A DNA stretch of 64,000 nt from Patescibacteria group bacterium (GCA_041653535.1 JBAZFH010000005.1:12012-76011), one strand, 5' to 3'; positions 51,737 to 60,189 are shown, counted from the first letter of the stretch. A program made the numbers and translations. Notes: generated by a model not told the origin, from the sequence alone.

Positions 51737-53125
51737 ATGGCTCCGACAATCTATATTGTCACCGATCTAACGTTTGGAGACGGGGGCAAAGGAACGATCG
51801 TCGACGCCCTCGCCCGACATACGGGGATAAAAAACATCGTCCGTTTCAACGGCGGGTCGCAAGCAGCGCATAACGTGATAACACCTCAAGGGTTGCATCA
51901 TTGCTTCGCCCAATTTGGCTCCGGCATGCTTTTGCCAGACACTCACACTATTGTTTCTCGCTATATGCTCATTAACCCTAGCAGCATGCTTGTTGAAAAT
52001 TCAGCGTTGCAAAACAAAGGCGTAACAAGCGCCATGGCACGAACTTTTATCAGTGAAAACAGCGCCATTATCACGCCTTGGCACGAACTAATCAACCAAA
52101 TGCGCGAAATCGCCCGCGGTAACAATCGTCACGGCAGCTGCGGCAAGGGAGTATGGGAAGCCACTTGTGATTTGAATTATTCAAGTCGAATAACACTGTT
52201 TGCCAAAAATTTGGATAAAATCGATTTGATCAAAGAAAAAATCGGTTTCATCCAACAGATGAAGCTCGATATTGCCGAGCAACTGTATGACCAAAATCCT
52301 GCTTACCGCGAACAACTTTTTCCTTTGCTGGAGAAGGTTCGTTGGGCGGATCAGGAAAAAATCGCCGAAAGCTACCAAGCTTTTTTCAAACAAGCAAAAA
52401 TCGTTACCGACGATTTTATCTTGGAAAAAATCTGTCGGCAAGGTGCGATATTCGAAGGCGCTCAAGGAGTATTACTGGATGCCGACTACGGTTTTCATCC
52501 GTACGTCACCAGCAGCAATACCACGATGATCAATGCCGAAGAGATGCTGAAGCAAGCTGGCATTTCACCGCAAAGGCAAACGGTCCGTATCGGTGTAATG
52601 CGCGGTTATATGACGCGTCACGGTGCCGGACCGCTCGTTACTGAAGACCAAGCACTGCACAATTTCGTCCCGCCCGATCACAACGAATGGAATGACTGGC
52701 AGCAAGACTTTCGTCTCGGCTGGTTTGATCTTATAGCGACCAAATACGCGCTTAGCGTAGCCGGTAAAATCGATGCGCTGGCCATCACCAATCTTGATCG
52801 TATGGCAAAAATCCCGCTGGTCAAAGTTGCACTATTCTATCGTGGCAAAGAAGTTCGCCCCGATCTCTTCATTAGTAATGGTGAAGATGTGATAGTACAA
52901 ATAAGGAAACCGGCACTGCCTCAGCAAAATGAAAACAACGCCCTGACCAACGCCTTGTTCGCAGCTGAGCCGGTTTATTTTTCCGATCATCTTTGGACCG
53001 GAAAAAATATCGCCGACCGATACGTCGACCCCGGTTACATAAAATTTTTGGAAGAAAGACTCGGTGTCCCGGTAAAAATTTTGTCTTTTGGCCCCACCGC
53101 CAAGGACAAGCTATTCTATCCCTAA
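51737..53125 (+). CDS. Adenylosuccinate synthetase-like protein (divergent PurA family)
   Basis: FGDGGKG, VRFNGGSQAAHNV, HGSCGKG, FEGAQGVLLD, HPYVT, TRHGAGP, R.GWFD, ITNLD. Confidence 0.88.
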   Translation: MAPTIYIVTDLTFGDGGKGTIVDALARHTGIKNIVRFNGGSQAAHNVITPQGLHHCFAQFGSGMLLPDTHTIVSRYMLINPSSMLVENSALQNKGVTSAMARTFISENSAIITPWHELINQMREIARGNNRHGSCGKGVWEATCDLNYSSRITLFAKNLDKIDLIKEKIGFIQQMKLDIAEQLYDQNPAYREQLFPLLEKVRWADQEKIAESYQAFFKQAKIVTDDFILEKICRQGAIFEGAQGVLLDADYGFHPYVTSSNTTMINAEEMLKQAGISPQRQTVRIGVMRGYMTRHGAGPLVTEDQALHNFVPPDHNEWNDWQQDFRLGWFDLIATKYALSVAGKIDALAITNLDRMAKIPLVKVALFYRGKEVRPDLFISNGEDVIVQIRKPALPQQNENNALTNALFAAEPVYFSDHLWTGKNIADRYVDPGYIKFLEERLGVPVKILSFGPTAKDKLFYP

Positions 53126-53134
53126 CATTCAACC

Positions 53135-53169
53135 AAACCCCCTGTTCGCCTAGGCGAATGGGGGTTTTT
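53135..53169 (+). terminator. Terminator ending the PK-PurA unit
   Basis: aaaccccctgttcgcc-ta-ggcgaatgggggtttttt. Confidence 0.8.
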
Positions 53170-53356
53170 AATTAGTATATAGGGGCGAGTATATGGTATA
53201 TAGCGAATAAACCAAGTTCCTGCATACCGCATACCGTTTTTGATCCTGGTCCGACACGGCCTCTGGCTTGTCCGCCCGTTGGAGGACCGTGTTATGGAGT
53301 TTAGTGAGTCAATCACAATAACACGCCCAGAGGGCGTGTCGCTCCGCACATACTCA

Positions 53357-53385
53357 TTGACAAATCAAACCTATTCTGATATATT
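53357..53385 (+). promoter_or_regulatory. sigma70 promoter of rnpB
   Basis: TTGACA-N17-TATATT, 6-7 nt upstream of the P1 5' strand. Confidence 0.8.
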
Positions 53386-53391
53386 GCTAGA

Positions 53392-54054
53392 GCTTAAGTA
53401 AGCAAGATGACCGCCCCCCACTTTCTATGTTTTATGTCTACATTTTAAAAAGCCAAAAAGACGACAAGCTTTATATTGGCTTTACTAGTGACTTAAAACG
53501 CAGATTTCAGGAACACCAAAATAAAGAGAATAAATCGACAAAAAACAGAACTCCTTTTATTTTGGTCTACTACGAATCCTATCGTTCAAAATCAGACGCG
53601 ATGAAACGGGAGAAAAATTTAAAACAGTTTAAAAACAGCTACTCTCATCTAAAAAAGCGTCTTGGCGATAGCCTTAAAACATAGAAAATGGGGGGAGGAA
53701 AGTCCGAACACCCCTCTGGCTGTAAAGCTAGAGTGACAAAGAGAGTCGCTAACGGCGACCGGGAGTAATCCTAGGGAAAGTGTCACAGAGACAATACTAT
53801 CCCCCACATATTATGTGGGGGACAAAGGTGAAAAGAGAAAAGGTGTATTTTTAGAAAATCATATGATTTCTAAAGACTGCTACTTTTCTTCCTCTTGGGC
53901 GACCAAGATGTGATGGTAAACCCTCTCTGGTGCAAGAGCCAATTTGGTTGCTCGCTTGATCCTGTCAGCAATGGCAGGACTAGATAGATGGTCATCCTCC
54001 CTCACATAATTTATGTGGGGGATGACAGAATTCGGCTTACCAGCTTGCTTAAGC
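53392..54054 (+). ncRNA. rnpB: RNase P RNA, with a protein-coding insertion in helix P3
   Basis: P1 gcttaagtaagc/gcttgcttaagc; P2 gatgacc/ggtcatc; GAGGAAAGTCCG (CR-I); GAAAGTGTCACAGA; GGTGAAA; GGTAAACC; TAGATAGATG; ACAGAATTCGGCTTA (CR-V); terminator 54061-54090. Confidence 0.92.
53427..53684 (+). CDS. GIY-YIG nuclease family protein (85 aa) nested in rnpB
   Basis: FYVYILKS..D.KLYIGFTSDLKRRFQEH...LVYYESY...AMKREKNLK. Confidence 0.93.
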   Translation: MFYVYILKSQKDDKLYIGFTSDLKRRFQEHQNKENKSTKNRTPFILVYYESYRSKSDAMKREKNLKQFKNSYSHLKKRLGDSLKT

Positions 54055-54189
54055 AATAAAAATCCGCCGGTTAATCACCAGCGGTTTTTTATTTTATTCT
54101 CCTACTCGCGTTATTGACACTTTTACCAAAACCTGATAAGCTTTTTTATTCGTTCTTACAAGAATCAATTAACCAAAAAGGAGACGCCT

Positions 54190-54648
54190 ATGTTTGGGTT
54201 TTGTATTGCCCTGTTGATATTTGTTTTTAGTTTTATCTTCAACACCCTGTCTGAAGGCATCAGCTCAGCCGGACACTTCCTCTACATTTGGAATTGGGTT
54301 TTTGGCATCGGTAAAGTCGTACTTCTGAGTTTGGTCGCCTTCGGCATTACCGGTTTTATCGGTCTTGGCGGCGCTGGCGCCGCTAGCCAAAAATGGAGCT
54401 CGCGCGGTGCGATGATCCTAGGAGGACTGCTTGGCGCTGGCGCTGGGGGCGTGGTCTCGGGTCTGATCTTCATCAAGGCTTTGATCAAAAACGCACTGCT
54501 GATCCTAGGCGCTTACCTGATCACCCTCTCCGGCACCGCCAGTATGTCTTTTGATCAGTTCGACAAAACCAAACTGTTCGTCGGACTGGCAATAGTGGTC
54601 ATCGCCTTATTGTTATTCCGTAAAAAAAGTAAGGATTCATCCAAATAA
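54190..54648 (+). CDS. Multi-pass membrane protein, paralog 1 (glycine-zipper centre)
   Basis: AAGGAG RBS, own promoter TTGACA(54114)-N17-TAAGCT, several TM helices. Confidence 0.8.
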   Translation: MFGFCIALLIFVFSFIFNTLSEGISSAGHFLYIWNWVFGIGKVVLLSLVAFGITGFIGLGGAGAASQKWSSRGAMILGGLLGAGAGGVVSGLIFIKALIKNALLILGAYLITLSGTASMSFDQFDKTKLFVGLAIVVIALLLFRKKSKDSSK

Positions 54649-54846
54649 ATATCTCACCAAAAAACCCAGGGTTTTATCCCTGGTTTTTTATTATTTTCTT
54701 CTTCTGATTAAAAAAATCTAGAAAAACAGTGAGGGTAAAAAATGGTCTTATTATTATTGACACTTTTACCAAAACCTGATAAGCTTTTTTATTCGTTCTT
54801 ACAAAAATAAATTAACCTGGGAGCCTAAGATAAGGAGGAAGGAAAA

Positions 54847-55329
54847 ATGAGTGACAAGATGTTAGGTTTTCTAATCGCAGCGATCGCATTTGTTGTCAAC
54901 AACCTTTTTTTCAAAACCCTACCCGAAAGCATCAGTTCGGCCGGACATTTTCTTTATATCTGGAACTGGGTCTTCGCCGGACTCAACGTTGCGTTGTCTG
55001 TTTGTTTCTCCCTTGGTTTAATCAACCTTACTGTCAACAGCACCGACGCTGATGCCGCGAAAGAAGCTACGAAAGCTATCAAAAATATGCTCCGAATCGG
55101 ATCCGGCGGCGTAATGTCCAAAATCAATTTCATCAAAATGCTGATCAGAAACACCTTGAGTATCATCGGCGCTTACCTGATCACCCTCTCCGGCACCGCC
55201 AGTATGACCTTTGATCAGTTCGACAAAACCAAGCTGTTCGTCGGACTGGCAATAGTGGGCGTTGCCTTATTCCTCTCTAAGAAAAAAGTCGTAGGGGTTG
55301 TCATGATCAATGACCGTGAAACCGCCTAA
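54847..55329 (+). CDS. Multi-pass membrane protein, paralog 2
   Basis: Shares ISSAGHFLYIWNWVF and GAYLITLSGTASM.FDQFDKTKLFVGLAIV with paralog 1; duplicated promoter 54754-54804. Confidence 0.8.
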   Translation: MSDKMLGFLIAAIAFVVNNLFFKTLPESISSAGHFLYIWNWVFAGLNVALSVCFSLGLINLTVNSTDADAAKEATKAIKNMLRIGSGGVMSKINFIKMLIRNTLSIIGAYLITLSGTASMTFDQFDKTKLFVGLAIVGVALFLSKKKVVGVVMINDRETA

Positions 55330-55385
55330 AGAACCATCAAAAAAACCCGGGAATATCTCTCGGGTTTTTCATTTACCAATAATTA

Positions 55386-56375
55386 TTAAACCAACCCAAC
55401 AATCTCTCTCACCTCCGCCATAGTTTGACTAGCAATCTTTTGCGCGGTAGCGGCTCCCTCTGTCATTACCTTGTCGACATATTTACTATCTTTTTCTAAC
55501 TTTTTCCGGCGATCACGAAAGTCTTTAAAATAATTAGCGATATCATCGGCTAACTGCGCTTTGAACTCACCAAACTTTATCTTCTTTTGCTCTTTTTGTT
55601 TAAAGAAGTATTCTACCGTGTCGGGATGAGAAAAATTTTCGAGGAGTAGTAGTAGGTTGGTACCACCGACCGATTCTCCACTACCTTCGTCAGACACCGC
55701 GCGACTCAATTTCTTTTTGATTACTTCCGGGTCGTCGTTGATACCGATACAATGATTTTCACCCAAACTTTTACTCATCTTTTTCTCTGGAGTGAGCAGG
55801 CTCATTATTTTTGGAGTGTTAGTCAATACTTCTTTTGGCTCAGCAAAATAATCAGTCTTATACTTTTGGTTAAACTTGCGAGCCGCCAGACGAGTCAGCT
55901 CAACATGCTGTACCTGGTCTTGACCCACCGGCACTGCCAAAGCGTGATAAAGCAAAATATCAGCCGCCTGCAAAACGGGATAGTCAAAAAGACCCATGTT
56001 AATATTTGCTTTTTGTCGAGCTGCTTTGTCTTTAAACTGTGTCATCCTTTCCAGCTCCGCTACTGGCAATAAAGTATTAAAAATCCAAGCAAGCTCGGTA
56101 TGACCAGTTACTTGTGACTGAAGAAAAATCGTCGATTTACTCGGATCGATACCAGCTGCCAAATAATCCATGATCAACCCTCGAGAACGAGCGCGAAGCT
56201 GCTCCGGATCACTATTTTCTGTCATTGCATGGTAGTCGGCAATAAAGAAAAAACATTGATATTTGGAGCTGTTTTGCAATTCAACAAAGTTTTTGAGCGA
56301 ACCGAGATAATTGCCCACGTGCAGTTCGCCACTGGGTTGAATACCGGAAACTATGATTGGTTTGATTGTTTTCAT
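55386..56375 (-). CDS. trpS: Tryptophan--tRNA ligase
   Basis: SGIQPSGELHVGNYLG, YPVLQAADIL, VPVGQDQ, KMSKS; start set at MKTIKP (ORF-track N-terminal extension is repeat-derived). Confidence 0.97.
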   Translation of the reverse strand: MKTIKPIIVSGIQPSGELHVGNYLGSLKNFVELQNSSKYQCFFFIADYHAMTENSDPEQLRARSRGLIMDYLAAGIDPSKSTIFLQSQVTGHTELAWIFNTLLPVAELERMTQFKDKAARQKANINMGLFDYPVLQAADILLYHALAVPVGQDQVQHVELTRLAARKFNQKYKTDYFAEPKEVLTNTPKIMSLLTPEKKMSKSLGENHCIGINDDPEVIKKKLSRAVSDEGSGESVGGTNLLLLLENFSHPDTVEYFFKQKEQKKIKFGEFKAQLADDIANYFKDFRDRRKKLEKDSKYVDKVMTEGAATAQKIASQTMAEVREIVGLV

Positions 56376-56403
56376 ATGTTTTAATTTTAGCTTTAATTCC
56401 TCC

Positions 56404-56569
56404 CCCTGCCAAGGGGGAGATGTCGCGAAGCGACAGAGGGGGTGAATGCGACTCCCTGCCAAGGGGGAGATGTCGCGAAGCGACAGAGGGGGTGAATGCG
56501 ACTCCCTGCCAAGGGGGAGATGTCGCGAAGCGACAGAGGGGGTGAATGCGACTCCCTGCCAAGGGGGAG
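56404..56569. repeat. 50-bp direct tandem repeat x3.3 with internal hairpins (REP-like)
   Basis: ccctgccaagggggagatgtcgcgaagcgacagagggggtgaatgcgact repeated identically, no spacers. Confidence 0.92.
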
Positions 56570-56600
56570 TCGCTTCCTGTAGTTGTTATCAGTGGATACA

Positions 56601-56928
56601 AAAAAATCCCCCGTTCTTAGCTAGAAATATAAACTTCTAGCCAAGGACGAGGGATTTACCCCGCGGTACCACCTTGATTAACAAAAAAATACCAGTAAAC
56701 GGTATCTGTCTGTTCACTTTACCAACTCTGTTTCGCATCAACAAAACGACATTAGTTATCCTTTGATTACGGAGGACGCCGGATCGCCACTAACGCAGCA
56801 ATCATCCTGTCTTTTTTAAGACCACTCTAGACCCAGTCCCCATTTTATTGGAGATCCAAAGTTTGGATTTTAGAAAACATCTTAAGTTCTTCTATTAATA
56901 TCTTAATAGAAATAAAGAAAAAAGTCAA
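56601..56928 (-). promoter_or_regulatory. T-box leader (promoter, T-box antiterminator, terminator) upstream of trpS
   Basis: TTGACT(56928)-N17-TAAGAT; AAGGTGGTACCGCG at 56675-56662 pairing with CGTCCTT; terminator 56657-56601 with T run. Confidence 0.85.
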
Positions 56929-57039
56929 CAATCAAAATCTATTGACCGTTTCACTATCTATTGTTAATATAACTAGTCAGCTGCTAATGGCTGACCAACA
57001 ACCGTCCGGCTCGTGATGAGCTTAAAAAAGGAGGTTATA

Positions 57040-57441
57040 GTGGAACCAAAAAGGTTACAAAGATTTCTCCGCGAGTTTCCATGGCTTTATGGGATTAAGC
57101 TTGAATGGGACAGCAAAAAAGTAATTTCGATTGTAGTCAAAACTTTTACTGTCCAATCAGTTCAAAACAGGTCAGTCTACGACCTGCGACGTGTCGAACA
57201 AAGAGCTTGGTTCCTCCTCTCTTCAAACTTCGGCGGCTGGAAACAACGAGTCGTCGAAGTCAGTATCCAAACAAATGGTTACTTTGATTCGATAATCAAG
57301 AGAGTCAAAAACAAATTCCCAGGCGAGGAAATTGACGCCATCGTCCTCCGGTGGAGAGTCCCTCCCTTCGTGGACACCGAAGACTATGTAATCATCAAAC
57401 GGCCAAAGCGGCAATCGATCGAAAAATTTTTCAAAGACTAA
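57040..57441 (+). CDS. Hypothetical protein
   Basis: AGGAGG RBS before GTG 57040; terminator ~57450-57478. Confidence 0.7.
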   Translation: MEPKRLQRFLREFPWLYGIKLEWDSKKVISIVVKTFTVQSVQNRSVYDLRRVEQRAWFLLSSNFGGWKQRVVEVSIQTNGYFDSIIKRVKNKFPGEEIDAIVLRWRVPPFVDTEDYVIIKRPKRQSIEKFFKD

Positions 57442-57573
57442 CAGTCAACAAAACCCCGTTCTACATGAATGGGGTTTTATCTTTCAAATTTAGCTGGTGG
57501 TAATTTTACTAAATAAACTACCACCAGCTAAGGCTTTAATCTTATTTCAAAAAATATTAAGTTGTTAAAATGT

Positions 57574-57772
57574 CGGGGGTCCGGGGGCGTAAGCTGCGCC
57601 GAGCCCCGACCCGTTTCGGTAATTATGGTCTGCAGGGGCGGGGCGGGGTAAGGAAACCTTAAGATGATAAGGACACGCGCTTGCTTCCAGCCCCCGGAAC
57701 TTTTTGCTTACTTTTTGGTTACAAAAAGTAAGTGCCTGCCCCTGCCCGCCGGCAGGCAGGCGGCATGAGGGC
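57574..57772. repeat. 199-bp GC-rich multi-hairpin repeat, copy 2
   Basis: Same length and orientation as 46487-46685, scattered substitutions only. Confidence 0.85.
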
Positions 57773-57849
57773 GAAGAAAAACAGAAAACCCCGCTCACTC
57801 GAAACGGGGTTATTTTTAAATTCTAACCACTAACAACTAACCACTACCC

Positions 57850-59688
57850 CTAAACTTCAATCAACACCGGCAATATCATCGGCCGACGGTTGGTGCGTTT
57901 CCAGAGAAATTCGCCAATCTCGTTACGAATTTTATTTTTGATATAGTCTTCAAAAGCTGGCGAGGTATGGTCTTTGTCTTTGAGCAAATTGCGCACCCGC
58001 TTGCGGGTTTCCTCGACTATATTTTTATTTTCTTTCATGTAGATAAAACCGCGGGAAATTAGGTCTGGATTTTGTACTAGCTCACCGGTTTTTTTGCGAA
58101 TAGTGACAATCACGACCAGCATACCGTCTTCGGCCATCATCCGGCGATCACGCAATACTATCTCGGAAACATCGCCTACACCGAGTCCGTCAACAAAAAC
58201 GTATTCGGCCGATATCTTTTCTGCGGTAACTTTGGCGGCATCTTTGGTCAGCTCAACCACCTGTCCATTATCAGCAATCAAAACATTACTTTCTTTTATC
58301 CCAGTTGAAACAGCCAATTCACCGTGAATCCGCAACATATAGTGATTGGCATAAATCGGCATATAGAATTTCGGCCGAATCAAACTAATTAACTCTTTGA
58401 GATCTTCTTGTTTGGCATGACCACCGGCGTGAATATCCATCATTTTATAGTGGATCACTTTGGCGCCATTACGATACAGAGTGTCCTTGAGATTCTGAAT
58501 AGTGCGCTCATTACCCGGGATCACCGAGGAAGAAAACACCACCACATCGCCTTTTTTGATATGAAGATATTTATGTTCATTGTTAGCCATACGCATTAGG
58601 ACGGCGTTGCGCTCGCCCTGGGCGCCAGTACAAATAATCATCAATTTGTTATCCGGAATGTTTTTGGCTTCCGCCCAGTCAACCATAGTATTTTTACCAA
58701 ACTTCATGTAGCCGAGACTATGAGAAACATCTAGATTGTCGTTTAAACTACGCCCTTCAACTAGAACTTTTCGCCCATGACGTTCCGCCAAACTGATAAG
58801 GAGTTGGACGCGGGAAAGGTTGGAAGCAAAAGTACCGACAATCATACGACCCTGGACGCTGCCGAAAACTTTTTCCATTTCTCGGTCGACATCACTTTCA
58901 GAAAGCTGATGACCGGGATGCTCGGCATTAGTGCTGTCAGCCATAAGTAGAGCCACGCGCTGATTACCGATAGAACGCAAACGATTTATATCTATTGGTT
59001 TTTCATTGACAGGATGTTTATCAAATTTGAAATCTCCGGTGTGGACGATGTTTCCCACCGGGGTTTTAATCACTATGCCATAACTATCCGGTATCGTATG
59101 GTTGACTCGAAAAAATTCTACCTGAAAAGCGCCGCCCAGTTTCAACCGGGAATTTTCATTAATCTGATAGATATTGAGTTTGGGAGCGTCGGCATATTCC
59201 TCCTGCCGTTTTTTGATAATCCCGGCCGTGAGCGGTGCGGTGTATATTACCGGATTGCCTATTTCTTTCATCAAATGAGGAATCCCGCCGATATGGTCAT
59301 AGTGCCCGTGGGTAATAATAACACCGCGGATGTTATTGATTTTGTTTTTTAAATAAGTAACATCAGGAATAATATAATCAATACCAGGCATATCTTCTTC
59401 AGGAAATTGCAGACCCATGTCAACGATAATTATGTCGCTGTCGTATTCAAATAAAATACAATTACGACCGACTTCTTCCAGGCCACCGAGAGCGATTATT
59501 CTCAGTTTGTTCACCGAATTTTTATGAGCGCCGACCAATGCTTTGGCCGCTAAATTATATTTTCCTTTAGTATCATTTTTTCCGGACTTGAAACCAGGCG
59601 CAGCTTCTTTATGCCAAAAACGTTTCTGTTTTGTGGCTCGGCCGTGTCTTCTACCGGGGTTTTTCGTACCTTCTTTTTTAGGAATCAT
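57850..59688 (-). CDS. rnj: Ribonuclease J
   Basis: LGGLEEVGRN, THGHYDHIG, HTGDFK, DSTNA, FASNLSRVQ, IHAGGH, RRPMILP. Confidence 0.96.
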   Translation of the reverse strand: MIPKKEGTKNPGRRHGRATKQKRFWHKEAAPGFKSGKNDTKGKYNLAAKALVGAHKNSVNKLRIIALGGLEEVGRNCILFEYDSDIIIVDMGLQFPEEDMPGIDYIIPDVTYLKNKINNIRGVIITHGHYDHIGGIPHLMKEIGNPVIYTAPLTAGIIKKRQEEYADAPKLNIYQINENSRLKLGGAFQVEFFRVNHTIPDSYGIVIKTPVGNIVHTGDFKFDKHPVNEKPIDINRLRSIGNQRVALLMADSTNAEHPGHQLSESDVDREMEKVFGSVQGRMIVGTFASNLSRVQLLISLAERHGRKVLVEGRSLNDNLDVSHSLGYMKFGKNTMVDWAEAKNIPDNKLMIICTGAQGERNAVLMRMANNEHKYLHIKKGDVVVFSSSVIPGNERTIQNLKDTLYRNGAKVIHYKMMDIHAGGHAKQEDLKELISLIRPKFYMPIYANHYMLRIHGELAVSTGIKESNVLIADNGQVVELTKDAAKVTAEKISAEYVFVDGLGVGDVSEIVLRDRRMMAEDGMLVVIVTIRKKTGELVQNPDLISRGFIYMKENKNIVEETRKRVRNLLKDKDHTSPAFEDYIKNKIRNEIGEFLWKRTNRRPMILPVLIEV

Positions 59689-59861
59689 AAATAAAAATTA
59701 TTAAGAGAGATTTTAATTATTAAATGAGGTTAAAGACAAAAAGTAGGAAGTAAAATTTTTGTTACTTTTAATTACTCTAGCAATCGTCCCACCACGGGGA
59801 GATGCTGGCAAATCTGGCACTTTTTACTTTTTATATTCAACTTGTCGTGATTAAAATATAA

Positions 59862-60101
59862 CTAAGAACCACAGTCGCATAACCCTAACTCCTCCATAGA
59901 CAGTTGATCGGCAAAGGTAATATTACCACTTTCATCATAATAGATTTTGTCGACACAACGTCTGTGAAGAGAACCGTTGCACTCAGTAGATTGTTCAGTT
60001 TTTGAGCCATCATCATGATTTTCCAAAACCTCGTTCTTAATTATTTGGTATCGTTCAGGCTTTTTTTCTCCTTCTATGCTTTTAGAAAATTTTTCTGCCA
60101 T
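59862..60101 (-). CDS. Small hypothetical protein (79 aa)
   Basis: ATG-initiated ORF between the hydrolase and rnj; no motif. Confidence 0.5.
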   Translation of the reverse strand: MAEKFSKSIEGEKKPERYQIIKNEVLENHDDGSKTEQSTECNGSLHRRCVDKIYYDESGNITFADQLSMEELGLCDCGS

Positions 60102-60189
60102 ATAATACTGCTTTATTTAATAATCTTATAACCGTATTAGTCAAAATCGAATCGTCGAGGAACTAAAGACATGACAACCTGTTTTTTAT

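Noticed and set aside
51737-53125. PurZ (2-aminoadenine DNA pathway)
   Set aside because: Catalytic Asp is retained (GDGGKG rather than the Ser of PurZ) and no DatZ/MazZ/polymerase genes are adjacent
53252-53341. 5S rRNA, SRP RNA or 6S RNA
   Set aside because: Lacks CCGAAC, the SRP helix-8 motif, and the large central bubble/length of 6S; kept only as an unknown element
53414-53695. Group I intron with homing endonuclease
   Set aside because: The insert is almost entirely ORF, leaving no room for a P3-P9 catalytic core
56404-56569. CRISPR array
   Set aside because: Units are identical end to end with no unique spacers, and no cas genes are in the window
56376-56601. N-terminal extension of TrpRS and overlapping repeat ORFs
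   Set aside because: Derived from the 50-bp tandem repeat; homology starts at MKTIKP
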